Of a stretch of DNA of 64,000 nt, positions 29,704-41,279 are shown one piece after another. Location of the stretch: NCBI GenBank assembly GCA_965197745.1, contig CBDANS010000004.1, forward strand, positions 1 to 64,000. The letters run 5' to 3'. Both the position numbers and the translations under genes were made by a program. The notes under the pieces were generated by a model. The model was not told the DNA's origin, made no database searches, and saw only the letters and a list, made by a program, of their open reading frames with translations. Source of the stretch: Opitutales bacterium. Lineage in GTDB: Bacteria; Verrucomicrobiota; Verrucomicrobiia; Opitutales; PNEW01. Each line of letters begins with the position of its first letter. The first letter of the stretch is position 1.

Positions 29704-29920
29704 CGAACAGAGAGAGAATTCAGTGCGACCAACGGAGGTGGTCCTGCTTGGCGCTGAAGACCGCTCCTCGATAGGTCTGCCGGTATTAATCCAATAGTGT
29801 GTATGTAAATGATACGATTTCATCCTTTACTAGATAAGGTAGTGGCTCCAGACTGAAGGTCCAGTTCCCTAACGAGCATTCGCCGTGTCCGGCTTAATCC
29901 AGCTAAATATTGATGGCATT

Positions 29921-30286
29921 ATGAAAAACATTCTTCACCACCTTATTATCCTTATCACTATTCTTTTCCTCACAAACCATTCTCTCTTGGCAGACAATAA
30001 TAATGATAGCGACCAGGGAAAACAAGAACTGCTCATTACTGGAGCAGAAGCAGACTTGGGACAAGGGACAATTTTAATAACCGGTTTTAATTTCTCCCTG
30101 GGTTCAGATTTTGATGGTGAAGTGCAATTATTTTTTCCACCAGAGGATGGCGAAGCAATCTTAAAGTATCTCAACGAGAACAACTGTCATAAAGTTCCTT
30201 CTGAAACTGTATTTTACAGCATTTTAGGAGATGCCAATCATCCGCAGTTTCAGTTATTTACCTCCCTCGTAAAAAAATACTCTTGA
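29921..30286 (+). pseudogene. Chimeric ORF: secreted-protein N-terminus joined to an isochorismatase-like C-terminal fragment
   Basis: Signal peptide + LLITGAEADL...TILITGFNF, then from ~30143 SETVFYSILGDANHPQF...LVKK. Confidence 0.5.
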
Positions 30287-30298
30287 ACAATTTGTCCG

Positions 30299-31996
30299 AT
30301 GAATACTGTGCTTTACAATGGAATTCGGTTACCCGAGGAATGGCCCCCGCGGGACATGAATCCGTCATCCCGCGAGCCAATGCCGGTTCCGTATCTGGAC
30401 TCTCCGCCATCGGTGATACCGATCGACGTGGGCCGGCAGCTATTTGTCGATGGTTTCTTGATCGAGAATACTACCTTGAAACGGGTGTTTCACCCGGCGC
30501 AAAAATATGAGGAAAATCCAATACTGGTTCCGGTGACCGCGGCTGAACAGGAGCGCCCCGCGGCCACGGCCTGTCCTTTCGACGACGGAGTCGCCTACGA
30601 TCCGGTAACCCGGAAGTTCCTGCTCTGGTACCTGGCCTCCTATCCGGGACACACGGCGGTGGCGTTCAGCGACGACGGTTTGCATTGGGAGCGGCCGGAC
30701 CTGGATATCCTGCCCGGTACGAATGTGATCCTTCCCAACGACTACCCGATGCGTTCCCGGGACAGTTTCTGCCCGTTCCTGGATCTCCATGCGCAGGATC
30801 CTACGGAGCGATTCAAGGCCTACCTATACGTGTTTCACGGGAAAGTCCCCTGGGAGGTAAGTGAGATCCATCAGAAATTTTTTCCTTGGGAGAATCAGAA
30901 GGGCAAGAGAACCAGCGAAAACTGGCTCTTGAAATCGGGTGATGGCGTGCATTGGGAACATGCGGCACAGTTCACGGCTAGAGGCGCCGACGGCACGACC
31001 CTCCACTACAATCCCTTCAGACGGAAATGGGTGCTGAACCTCAAACGCGACTATGAAGGCAAACGAGGCCGGGCTTATATCGAAAGGGATCAGTTCTGGC
31101 AGTTTCAAAGTCTTCGGGAGGCTACGCCGGAAGAGGCCCTGAGTCAGGTCAGGAGCCTCGATGAGCCCGCTCCGGGGCTGTCCGAAGGGCAGGTGTTCTG
31201 GGTCGGGGCCGACAGGCTGGACCTACCGGATCCGGAGTGGGTGGTCCAGGAGCCGACACAGCTGTACATGCTGGAGGTGGTGCCCTATGAGAGCCTCATA
31301 CTGGGAATTTTTGCAATCCTCTATGGCCCGCCCAACGACATCTGCCGAAAAGGGCAGTTCCCAAAGCTGACTCAGATCAAGCTGGGCTACAGCCGGGATG
31401 GATTCCACTGGTACCGGCCGGACAGGGAGGTCTTCATCGGTGCCACAAAAAAAGACGGGGACTGGGACCGGGCATACCTGAGACCTGCTGCGGGATGCAT
31501 TATCGCCCGGGATCGGCTGCACTTCTACTATTCAGGATTTTCAGGCATCGCCCCTTCCGGTGCCCGCGACATATATGCCGGAGGCAGCACCCACGTCGCC
31601 TGGACTCGCCGCGACGGCTTTGTCTCCATGGATGCCGGCGATGCCCCCGGAGATTTGATTACCCGACCACTCACCTTCAAGGGCGGCCATCTTTTTGTCA
31701 ATGTGGAGGCCCCGGAGGGTGAGCTCCAGGTCGAAGCCCTCGACCGGGAAGGCCGGGTTATCGAACCTTATTCAATGGAAAGATGCATTCCGGTACATGG
31801 AGACGAAACCTGCGTGCCGATCCGGTGGCGGGGTGCCGCGGACCTCTCAGCGGCCGGTGGCGGGCCGGCCCGGTTCCGATTCCGGCTGACAAACGGCAGC
31901 CTGTATGCCTTCTGGGTCGCCCTCGATCCAGGCGGTAAGAGCCACGGCTACGTCGCCTCCGGAGGGCCGGGTTTTTCCGGCCCGAGAGACGTGTAA
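30299..31996 (+). CDS. GH32-like beta-propeller glycoside hydrolase
   Basis: GRQLFVD, NPIL, SDDGLHW, SRDGFHW, RRDGFVSM; visibly GC-richer than its flanks. Confidence 0.75.
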   Translation: MNTVLYNGIRLPEEWPPRDMNPSSREPMPVPYLDSPPSVIPIDVGRQLFVDGFLIENTTLKRVFHPAQKYEENPILVPVTAAEQERPAATACPFDDGVAYDPVTRKFLLWYLASYPGHTAVAFSDDGLHWERPDLDILPGTNVILPNDYPMRSRDSFCPFLDLHAQDPTERFKAYLYVFHGKVPWEVSEIHQKFFPWENQKGKRTSENWLLKSGDGVHWEHAAQFTARGADGTTLHYNPFRRKWVLNLKRDYEGKRGRAYIERDQFWQFQSLREATPEEALSQVRSLDEPAPGLSEGQVFWVGADRLDLPDPEWVVQEPTQLYMLEVVPYESLILGIFAILYGPPNDICRKGQFPKLTQIKLGYSRDGFHWYRPDREVFIGATKKDGDWDRAYLRPAAGCIIARDRLHFYYSGFSGIAPSGARDIYAGGSTHVAWTRRDGFVSMDAGDAPGDLITRPLTFKGGHLFVNVEAPEGELQVEALDREGRVIEPYSMERCIPVHGDETCVPIRWRGAADLSAAGGGPARFRFRLTNGSLYAFWVALDPGGKSHGYVASGGPGFSGPRDV

Positions 31997-32002
31997 CGTA
32001 AC

Positions 32003-32200
32003 GGCCCGACTGGTGCAACGGGACTAATAGGTCCAACAGGACCTCAAGGGATTCAGGGTTTAACTGGCCCCATTGGGCCGACAGGGACTGATGGAGTTCC
32101 ATCGGGATTTATATAATAGGGGAAACACCAGTAGCTCCTAGTGGATATAATTTTTTAAGAGAGTTTATATTAGAAGGAACTGACATCTGGTTAACAAAGG
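32003..32200 (+). pseudogene. Collagen-like (Gly-X-Y) gene fragment
   Basis: [16 protein letters not shown] / [15 protein letters not shown] with frameshifts; cut by an IS end at 32201. Confidence 0.75.
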
Positions 32201-33200
32201 TGGCGTGACCGCCGAGGACTGGACCATTGCCAGTGAGAGTCTTTCCGTAAATAAGAACGGAAAGACGAATGAAACAGAAAAGACACAACACCGAGCAGAT
32301 CATAGCAATCCTGCGCGAAGTAGACAGCGGCAGAGGCATCCAGGAAGTCTGCCGTGAGCACAACATCAGTGCTCAAAGCTACCATCGCTGGCGAAAAAAA
32401 TATGGGCAGATGGACCTACGCAATGCGAAGCGGCTAAAGGAACTTGAAGGCGAGAACACGGAACTGAAAAAGATGTTAGCCGAGCAGATGTTAAAGAATC
32501 GGGTATTGGAGGAAGTGAATAAAAAAAAATGGTAAGCTCGTCGCATAAGAAAGAAGCGGTCAAGCATGTGGTAGGGCAAGGGTTTTGCTCGCTGCGGCGG
32601 GCCTGCAGGTATCTTCGGCTCCATCGCTCAACTTATCTCTACGAGTGCAAGCGAGAATCTTATGGTACTCAGACAATGGTGAGACGAATCATTAGAATTT
32701 CAAAGGTACATTCGCGTTATTGCTATCGTCGTATTCGTGCCCTAATGGACAAAGAGGGGTGGAAGGTAAGCCGTAAATTCGTGCAAAAAGTGCGAAGAGC
32801 TGAAGGGCTTGGAGTGAAACCCTCTCGTCGCCGACAGAGACGACGAGGGCACTCTACTGGGCTCCCTACCAAAGCAGTAAAGCCGAACCATGTATGGAGT
32901 TGGGATTTTGTTGCCGACCACACCGATCGCGGAGGACAACTGCGGATGATGACTTTGATCGATGAATATACTCGTAAATGCCTGGCCATAAAGGTATCTC
33001 GTTCGCTCAAAAGCGAAAACGTGTTGCAAGTCTTAGTCGAAGCTATTGAAGTGTATGGCAGCCCCCCATGCATCCGTTCCGATAAAGATTCGCAGTTCGT
33101 AGCACAAAAAGTCAGAGAAGCACTCCTAAATAACCAGATCGATATTATCTACATCGACCCTGGCAGCCCTTTGGCAGAATGGCTATGTTGAATCCTTTAA
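32201..33200 (+). mobile_element. IS3-family element, 3' truncated (orfA 32269-32535, orfB 32529-33191)
   Basis: IRL TGGCGTGACC..., HTH orfA, A-run slippery site, WSWDF...DEYTR integrase core. Confidence 0.92.
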
Positions 33201-33492
33201 ACCATCGACGGCGTGACGTACCGAGGAACGTAGTAATGCCATAGCGAAGCACTCCTGTACCCCGGTGGCCTGGGCGGATCGGTGGAATGGTGCGGAGTCT
33301 CGGAGACTGCCACGGATGCATCGTTTTGAGGATTCTCGTATAACGCAAATAAACGATCGTCATACTGCAAGTATTTAATAAAAAATAATGTTGACTTATT
33401 TACGTATTTATCTACCGTTTAGCGTGAATATACATATAATTTACTATTTACTAGGATTGAGTTACAACCGGACAACCACGAAAGAATATATC

Positions 33493-33732
33493 ATGGGTGA
33501 TGTGAAAACCATAGCGGAGGTGATTAATGCCGACGCGCAGGTAATAAGGAGCCATGCGCAAATCGCCTCGGACTCGGTAGGGAGTTACGCTCATTACAAT
33601 GAGGGGCCGCCTGCAAAGGTGCTTGAGGCGGTGAAGGATTGCATAGCGGAGATTCGCAGGGTGGCGGATCGGCTGGGGCGTGAGATCGAATCCCACCTCA
33701 ACAATAAGCAACAGGGAGGACAAAATGATTGA
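33493..33732 (+). CDS. Hypothetical protein
   Basis: MGDVKTIAEV..., overlaps the resolvase start; TTGACT upstream. Confidence 0.5.
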   Translation: MGDVKTIAEVINADAQVIRSHAQIASDSVGSYAHYNEGPPAKVLEAVKDCIAEIRRVADRLGREIESHLNNKQQGGQND

Positions 33733-34381
33733 GGATAACAAGACGGTTTGGGGATACTGCAGGGTGAGCACCGAGAGGCAGGATTACCTGGGGCAAAAAG
33801 CTTCAATCTATGAGTACGCAAATAAGCAGGGCTGGCAAATAGACCGCGTTGTGCAAACGACGGTGAGTAGTCGCAAGGAGGAGAAGGAACGGGGCCTTGA
33901 TGTTCTAAAGGAGGCGGCTCAAAGCGGGGAGGTGGACGTGATAATCTTCAGTGAATTATCGAGGCTTGGGCGAAGCGTTGGCCAGATATGCCGCCTGGTA
34001 ACGTTCTATGTCGAGGATTGCGGGGTATCGCTCCACTTCATTAAGGAGGGGCTGGTGTTGGAGGACGGCAAGCGTGATGTAGGGACTAAGGTTACCTTCT
34101 TTATGTTCTCGATGCTTGCGGAGATCGAGCGGGACTTGATTAGTGAGCGTACCCGGAGCGCATTGCAGGCACGCAAGGATCAGGGCGTTGTCCTGGGCCG
34201 CAAGCGGGGCACCTTCAAACTTAACGGACGCGGGGATGAGATCAAGAAGCGGGTTGACCAGGGGGTGAAGCTATACCGGATTGCGGATGATCTGAAAGTT
34301 GCCCCAAACACCCTGGCCGCGTGGCTTAAGAAGAATCGCAACGCTAAAGGTAAATGGATTTACAAAGAGGGTGCATCGTGA
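33725..34381 (+). CDS. Serine recombinase (resolvase/invertase)
   Basis: GGAGG RBS; YCRVST, ELSRLGRS, AEIERDLISERT. Confidence 0.93.
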   Translation: MIEDNKTVWGYCRVSTERQDYLGQKASIYEYANKQGWQIDRVVQTTVSSRKEEKERGLDVLKEAAQSGEVDVIIFSELSRLGRSVGQICRLVTFYVEDCGVSLHFIKEGLVLEDGKRDVGTKVTFFMFSMLAEIERDLISERTRSALQARKDQGVVLGRKRGTFKLNGRGDEIKKRVDQGVKLYRIADDLKVAPNTLAAWLKKNRNAKGKWIYKEGAS

Positions 34382-34791
34382 CCGATGCTCTGGATGGAAT
34401 AACTAAGCGTGGCGCGATTGCTCGCATGTTCGATGTCTCGCAGGAGATGGTGAAGTTGGTCTCGAAAGCGGTGCTGGTCGAGATGGAGGACAAGCATGGC
34501 GCCACCGATGCTCTTGAGGACTCGGACCCGGCCCGCGTTGCGGAGATCCGCGAGGGGTGGGAATACCAGTCGGAGTATGTGCAGGTTGTTTTGGGGCGGC
34601 TTGAGAAATTGCGGGGCGTTCGCTTGAGTCGGGCAAAGCGGCTGGAGATCTTTGATCCCGGCGAGGTGAGCAATGCAAAGCTGGATTATGTCGAGTCAGT
34701 GAATTATGCGCGGTCGTTTCAGGCGAGGGCTGATCGGTTTCTGTCTGGCCCGGAAGACGTCGAGGTTAAATCCGAGGGGGAGGAGGAGTAA
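34378..34791 (+). CDS. Hypothetical protein
   Basis: GTGA overlap with the resolvase stop. Confidence 0.55.
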   Translation: MTDALDGITKRGAIARMFDVSQEMVKLVSKAVLVEMEDKHGATDALEDSDPARVAEIREGWEYQSEYVQVVLGRLEKLRGVRLSRAKRLEIFDPGEVSNAKLDYVESVNYARSFQARADRFLSGPEDVEVKSEGEEE

Positions 34792-34898
34792 TAAAATGCC
34801 TAGAAGAAAGAGAAATAAAATCGGGAGGCGGTTTGTTGAGGACGGCAGAGGAACGAGACTCGTTAAGAAATCCCCGGCCAGAAAGAAAGGGAAGAGCG

Positions 34899-35174
34899 AT
34901 GCTGGTAATTAAGATCCGCGATGAGGTGATCACCTTTAACCCCGTGGGGGAATGGGTGAGTTCGGATAATAAGGCATTGGCCGCCACTCTCAACGCTATG
35001 TTTCCCGATGATTATGGGAATCCTGCTATAGTATTTTCAGAAGGTGGAAATGAGGGATTGGTGTTGGACCATCTCCAGTTGATATGGCCTGATCTCAAAG
35101 TGGTGGTTTTTGAACCCGAACCTCCTCCTCCGGAGAGGTCTGGCATCAGGTATTCCCGTGACGAGGAGGATTGA
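34899..35174 (+). CDS. Hypothetical protein
   Basis: MLVIKIRDEV..., co-oriented in the same small gene run. Confidence 0.45.
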   Translation: MLVIKIRDEVITFNPVGEWVSSDNKALAATLNAMFPDDYGNPAIVFSEGGNEGLVLDHLQLIWPDLKVVVFEPEPPPPERSGIRYSRDEED

Positions 35175-35374
35175 ACCGACGGCGACGTCTAGTGGATCTG
35201 TGCTAATTCTCCAATAGGCCCGACAGGGCTTAAGTTGGGCTATCAAGAGACTACAAAAATTGAACAAGCAAAGGCGATCCACATCAATGAAGCGGCTGCA
35301 CGCATCTTATTTGCCGAGGCAATGGACGCAGGTGGATTCGAGAAAAGCGTCGGTGCGGATGGTCCGCGAGTGGT

Positions 35375-35818
35375 ATGAATGGGCCGACATCGACTTGAAC
35401 GGGGCCGAGTGGCGGTACACGGTCACCAAGAGCAACACGCCGCATATCGATCCCCTGGCCAACTAAGCTGTCGCAATCTTTCGTGAATTGCATTCTCTAA
35501 CCGGACACGGCCGATGGGCGGAGGCACCCTGTTGGCAACACTGCGGGCCTTTGGATGTCCGCCCCGATCAGATTGACGATGCCACACGGTTTCCGGGCCA
35601 TGGCACGAACCATTCTGGATGAAGTATTAGGTTTCCGGCCCGATTTCATCGATCATCAGTTGGCCCATGCGGTACTGGACCCCAACGGTCGAGCCTACAA
35701 CCGGATGGCGTTCCTGCCGGAACGAAGGCGAATGATGCAGATGTGGGCCGACTATCTGGACAGGCTCAAGTCCTGTGACAAACTTGCCTTCCGGGCTCAG
35801 GACGGCCGTCTCTCATGA
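35375..35818 (+). pseudogene. P4-like tyrosine integrase, C-terminal remnant
   Basis: EWADIDL..AEWRY, HGFRAMARTILDE, HQLAH, AYNR, MMQMWADYLD, with stops and frameshifts. Confidence 0.85.
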
Positions 35819-35904
35819 TGGCCCGTCACCGTAACACGCGACCTGGACAAACCCGTGGATGCTGTGGGCAGCCACGAGTGGCAGTCTATCACTTCACACC
35901 TGCT

Positions 35905-36741
35905 TTATCTTGATGGCATGAATGTACGGATCCTGGGCATTGGAGGCGGCACCACATACCTCTCGAATGCGTATCCTGGAGACGTTATTCCGCTTTGTAT
36001 AAAGCTGAACAGCGATACGAGCAGATACTCAAGGCTATTCTCGGGTTTCAGGAAAGTAACTCCAGAGCAACCCAACGCGCTATATGACATCTGCTCGCCT
36101 GCGGCTGGTGCCAGCATTTCCTGGTTGAGAGTCAGAACGACGTTTGGCCTTAATTCTGCCGGCACCTGACCGTACAGATCGACAGTATGCTCGATCATCG
36201 TCTCAGGCTTGGCCCCAAAAGATTGACCGAACCCAAATGCGTAAATCTGACCGGAAGAGGATGAATTCTGTATCGTTTTCCAACTGCCGTTCGTGACACG
36301 CGTGCTCTTTTCAAGGTAGGTTCGGAATTTCACCTGACCTAGCGGTACTTCTTCTTTTGGTTCTACGAATCTCTTCAATCTTCTTACCGACGCGATATTG
36401 CTGTATATGTCGGCCAATTCTTTTTTTCCAATTGTGCTCTTTATCGAACCGACGGCGATCACCGATTCACACGGATAGTAGAAGACATCTTCCACATTGA
36501 ACACCGGACAAAATTGTCGTTCGTAGAGTACCAGGTCCATTTGTCCCGATGTGTTGCCGTCGCTGGCGATGACAAAACCGGTTCCTACGCCGACTCCATT
36601 TGGCAGAATGGATTCAAGCTTTGTCCTGACGGCATTTTCCCTGGCTTGCCCTTTAAGTCCGGGCGTTGTTACCTGTCCAGCGCGGCCATATGCGAGCATC
36701 AATTCCTCGCCGAGGTTCTTGATGTAATCGTGCGTGTCAAA
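35905..36741 (-). CDS. DUF6602-like PD-(D/E)XK nuclease-fold protein; native start unclear
   Basis: G.ARE...LP.GVGVGTGFVI...SGQMDLVLYE...PCESVIAVGSIKS. Confidence 0.7.
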   Translation of the reverse strand, partial: FDTHDYIKNLGEELMLAYGRAGQVTTPGLKGQARENAVRTKLESILPNGVGVGTGFVIASDGNTSGQMDLVLYERQFCPVFNVEDVFYYPCESVIAVGSIKSTIGKKELADIYSNIASVRRLKRFVEPKEEVPLGQVKFRTYLEKSTRVTNGSWKTIQNSSSSGQIYAFGFGQSFGAKPETMIEHTVDLYGQVPAELRPNVVLTLNQEMLAPAAGEQMSYSALGCSGVTFLKPENSLEYLLVSLFSFIQSGITSPGYAFERYVVPPPMPRIRTFMPSR

Positions 36742-37420
36742 TTGCGGTATATTTCTCTAGGGAATTATATATAATAACAAAATTATTTCTTTAATCGTTT
36801 AAGATATTCCACTCATTGGATTTTTTTGGGGTGTATTCAGAACAGTCTTAGCTACATTATCGAGCGTATCGGGAATTCTGTCAGACATCATTGGTAATTT
36901 CTTCTCCTTGTTCTTTGTTATCATTGTCCTGTTTTGATTGACTTTTGTTATTATTGAATTGTTCCACCTATCAAACACACAGGCGTTCAGATACACCCCC
37001 CGAAGATAATATGTAACACCACCGATGCCGCCCCAGAGTCCGCACAGTAAAGCAAGTTGAATGGTAGAGGAAGGTAGGACAAGTTTACCTTAGAGTAAAA
37101 GAATCCCCATAGTCGAATACCCCCCCAGCATAAACAGTAGATACGCGATTGCCCGTTTCATGTTCTTTTTTAGCACAATGAATTATAAAATGAGTCTAAA
37201 CATCTGCCCATATGCTAAATAAGTATCATTATCTTAGCAATGATTAGATCAAGAAAATATGATACCTTGTATGCTGAAGCATGTATGGTATGATATGGCG
37301 AGCTTATCTACCTGCAAGGATCATTAATATTAATTACGTTAAGATCTGAGAGAAGCTAGTGAAGGGTTCCTGTGTGTGGGAAGTTAAACTGTACATATCG
37401 GTATATGATATTACGACCAG

Positions 37421-37506
37421 TGGAGTGACTCCAAAATCGTATCATTTACAGAGAGAGTGGCGTGACCACCAACCTGTGGAGCCATTTATGGAAAGCGAAT
37501 TGAGAG
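37421..37506. mobile_element. Stack of abutting IS3-family ends and fragments
   Basis: IRL at 37421, second IRL at 37458, then an internal piece GCCATTTATGGAAAGCGAATTGAGAG matching the 41787/51500 IS. Confidence 0.75.
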
Positions 37507-38140
37507 TGATCGGACCCCATTAATCGTAACAGTTTAAGTGAGAGAGTTACCGGGTGTTAATGGTTTTAGGATTAATGTATATGGGAAATCCTGGCGATGT
37601 AAGAGCGTGGCCCGAACGTTACTAAAATTGGAAAGTAATCTGACAAACTTGTAAGTCCACAGCCCACCACTGAGCTTTCCTGCTGGCCTGCATAGGCCTG
37701 TAGCTGAACGTTGACCAACTCTGAGACTGAGATAGGCAAAAGCCCTCTAAAACGAGCACAGCCCTTTCTCAGCCGCACCTTTTACTGCTAGCTTCTTCTG
37801 CTTTGGGCTCACCCCATTCTTGACAGTGTTTCCTCCAAGACTTGGTTCTTTAGCATTTGATCGGCGAGCATCTTCTTCAACTCGGTGTTTTCTTTTTCCA
37901 GCTCTTTAAATCGCTAGAGCATCGGCCAGTTCCAAATTGCCATATTTTTACCCCAGCGATAGAAGGTCTGTTCACTCAGGTTGTTGCCTCGGCAGATTTC
38001 CTCTACCGTTTTACCGGTATCGGCTTGCCGTAGTATTGTTATAATCTGTTCGGTTGTGTATCTTTTTCTTTTCATTGAGGTTATCTGTTTATTCCGATAA
38101 CCTCTCTCTGTAAATGATACGATTTTTTTGGTCACTGCCA
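37507..38140 (-). mobile_element. Internally deleted IS3-family derivative, related to 63066-63637
   Basis: Both ends present; degraded orfA MKRKRYTTEQII; no intact orfB. Confidence 0.8.
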
Positions 38141-38437
38141 CTCACGGCAGACTTCATCGGTGCTTATCTGGCAGTCTCTGCGTCGCTTAATATCCGGATA
38201 ATCTGCCCGGTCTTGTGTCGCGATTTCTTCATCATAATTTTCCTTCCTTTTGTCAGAAAATCGTCTTATTAGCGGTGAATTAGATTAAGAGGGCCCACCC
38301 AGAGTCACTCTATCAGACTTGAAACAAATAAACCTTCGGCATGCAGCCCTTAGTATGGCCAATCTAGAGGGTCTATCCTAGGTAATGGAATCATATTAGA
38401 CATTGACCGGATTCCACATTTAATTTCTCAGTAAAAA

Positions 38438-41029
38438 ATGCGATTTTACTATATTCTAAGAAGATGGCTACTCATTGTAGTATACTCAATTATAGGTGGT
38501 TTAATATCAGCTGCTCTCTTCCAATACGGTACTATTTTCTTCAATAGATATAAATATAATCTTCCTGACTCAAATTATGATGTATTGATTATATTATATT
38601 ACGGTCTCTTTTTGTTTGGAATTATAATTTTAAATCAAAAATCTAGAGTTAAGTTTTGGCATTTCAGTTTTTTTATTACTCATCCCCCATTTATCATATC
38701 AGTACTCACTGCGCTGCTTATAACCCCTTTAATTACCAGACTTACTTCGCAGGGGATTGACAATATTTACCCTACTTACCGTCAAGTCGCTTGTATTTCA
38801 TTATCTTATGTCCTCATATTTATTTTACAGCGATTTATTCTATGGATACACCAAATTTTTAATAATTTAGTCTCACCACCGTCAAAAGATATTAATGTAA
38901 ATGCATCAACCATTCTTGAACTTAGTGATGCTCAAATAATAAAGTGGATCAAAATTGAGAAACCAATTAAATCACCGGATCAGGATCTATTCCAATTTAA
39001 CTATCTAGCCAACCGCGTATATGAAAAAATTAATGAAGGTATCGGTACAACCTTGGCTATTGTTGGAAAATTTGGCAGCGGAAAATCCAGTTTGATTGAG
39101 CTAATAGAGGGAAAGTCTAAAGATAATCAAAATAAAAAACTATGGTTCGTGAAAATAAATTGTTGGGGATTTGAAGATTCTACTAAGGCTCAAGAGATTA
39201 TATTGAAACAAACTTTAGTATCTCTATCAAAGCGAGTTGATTGTTTATCTATTTATAGGATACCTGCAAGGTACATTGAAGCTATATCAAAATTAAACAG
39301 GTATGTAGATGCATTTTTAACAGCCTTTGATGCATCAATAGATCCATTAACCGAACTGCAAAAGATTTCTCTAATATTACTAGCCGTCAAGGCACGTCTC
39401 ATTATTATCATTGAGGATACTGACAGGAACGGCGTAAAATTTAACGCAGAGGATCTAGAAGCACTTTTATTTAGGCTAAAGCAAGTTGAAGGTATCTCAT
39501 TTATATTGACAACTGATACTTCAAGTAAAGTTGATTTTGCAAAACTCTGTGAATACAGCGAAAGTATTCCTAATCTAGATGTTGATCAATCATTACGTAT
39601 TATTAGTACGGTTCGAAAATTTTGTCTGGATAGTTATCTTGATGATATCCATCCAATTTCTTATGAAGATAGCCTTAGACAAGATAGGGAGGGCCCTGAT
39701 GCTATTTCCAGTCCGATTAGTTTATATCAAACAACGAGTTGGCAGGATTCCCTCGTTGATTTGTTGTCTACACCCAGATACTTGAAAAGAACTTTAAGAC
39801 GCACAATAAATGCATGGGAAAGATTACACGGTGAAGTTGATATTAACGAACTGTTGATTATTACAGCATTGCGCGAAACTGCTACCCCTGCATTTTCATT
39901 TCTTAACCGCCATTATCAGGAAATTCGATCCTTATCGCCTAATAGTTCCGATGACCATGAAAATAGGTTGAGTAAAAATAAAATACAGAATCTGAAAGAA
40001 AACTGGAATGAAATAATAGAGCGTTCGAATTTCGATTCTACTATAGTTTCAATATTAATGCGTGAGATATTACCTGCAACTGATTTTCTTTTTAGTAATA
40101 TATATAATCCTACGACCAAAACAATACAGGGGATTAAAAATAAAGATGCACCCATTGATTACGGAGAACGTTATTTCTCTGAATCAATTTTAGAAAACCA
40201 CATCCGCGATCAATCAGTTTTGCAAACAATTAAAAAAATCAACTCGGGTAATAGTGAAGGTATTAATGATGCTTCTAAAAATATTTTTGAATCTAAAATA
40301 TTTAGTGAGATTTTAGTCTATTATGGTGATCGTATTGAAGAAGATAATTTATTACCGCTTTTGAGTAGCTTATATAAATTAATTCGGGTGAAAATGGGAA
40401 GTAAAGCTTATCATGATAAACCAGGTTTCATAGAACTATGGAATTATGGACGAAATAAATTCCCACAACTCCCAGGATTTAAGACTTGGATTTATTCTGA
40501 AATTCGTAACTCCTTTCCTAATAATATTAAATTTGTAAATGCTCTATGCTATTGGTGGTGTCCATATGAAAGCCAACATATTGATACTGAACTTGTGAGA
40601 CAATATATATGTGATTTATCAAAGGAATACTTTAAAAAATTATCATCAAAGGATTTCGCAAATTGCTTTGACGAAGATTATCCTTGGTCACTGTCGTGGT
40701 TGGTTTTTATTGAACCCAGGAATGAAATCGATGTTTCAATAAGTAATGCTCCTGATTGGTCTTGGCTTGGACCAGTTTTAATAGATGCTTCGAAGGAAGT
40801 TCCAGAAAAAATCAATCCCCAGATTGCATTTATGTGCAAAATACAAAATCAAAGTTTTTTCGACTACGACAATGAAGTATTAGATGGTATATTTGGCGAT
40901 AGAAAAAATGAAATTATGCAAGAGTTGGCAAAACCTTATGAGGTAAATCCTAATTTTTCAAAGGATGATCAAGTTAAACTTAAATCAGCAACCAAGAAAG
41001 CTCAGCAATGGCCAATAAAGAATGCATAA
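38438..41029 (+). CDS. KAP-family P-loop NTPase with N-terminal transmembrane segments
   Basis: D.FQF, Walker A GKFGSGKSS, INCW, Walker B IIIIEDTDR, TPRYLKR; AT-rich. Confidence 0.88.
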   Translation: MRFYYILRRWLLIVVYSIIGGLISAALFQYGTIFFNRYKYNLPDSNYDVLIILYYGLFLFGIIILNQKSRVKFWHFSFFITHPPFIISVLTALLITPLITRLTSQGIDNIYPTYRQVACISLSYVLIFILQRFILWIHQIFNNLVSPPSKDINVNASTILELSDAQIIKWIKIEKPIKSPDQDLFQFNYLANRVYEKINEGIGTTLAIVGKFGSGKSSLIELIEGKSKDNQNKKLWFVKINCWGFEDSTKAQEIILKQTLVSLSKRVDCLSIYRIPARYIEAISKLNRYVDAFLTAFDASIDPLTELQKISLILLAVKARLIIIIEDTDRNGVKFNAEDLEALLFRLKQVEGISFILTTDTSSKVDFAKLCEYSESIPNLDVDQSLRIISTVRKFCLDSYLDDIHPISYEDSLRQDREGPDAISSPISLYQTTSWQDSLVDLLSTPRYLKRTLRRTINAWERLHGEVDINELLIITALRETATPAFSFLNRHYQEIRSLSPNSSDDHENRLSKNKIQNLKENWNEIIERSNFDSTIVSILMREILPATDFLFSNIYNPTTKTIQGIKNKDAPIDYGERYFSESILENHIRDQSVLQTIKKINSGNSEGINDASKNIFESKIFSEILVYYGDRIEEDNLLPLLSSLYKLIRVKMGSKAYHDKPGFIELWNYGRNKFPQLPGFKTWIYSEIRNSFPNNIKFVNALCYWWCPYESQHIDTELVRQYICDLSKEYFKKLSSKDFANCFDEDYPWSLSWLVFIEPRNEIDVSISNAPDWSWLGPVLIDASKEVPEKINPQIAFMCKIQNQSFFDYDNEVLDGIFGDRKNEIMQELAKPYEVNPNFSKDDQVKLKSATKKAQQWPIKNA

Positions 41030-41279
41030 GTGTACTAGTTATGATATGATCTGACAGAAGATAGAGAAGGGTAACTCTGTCTGGGAAGTTAGACCATAAC
41101 CACAATCCCCCCTCGTGGGTTGTGGTCGTATTACATAAACTGATCCACCAGAAGAATTAGCCTGAGGATGTTTAGGTTGAAGTTAATTTGGTAGAGGAAA
41201 ACAAAGCCTGAAGCTTATAATATATGAATGAACATATAATCAAATTGAATTATATATGATACTTTCAGTTATTAAATTT

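Noticed and set aside
36799..37161. Intact gene at 36799-36996
   Set aside because: It appears to be a chimera of a frameshifted membrane-protein remnant (GGIGGVTYYLRGVYLNAC) and a short unrelated fragment.
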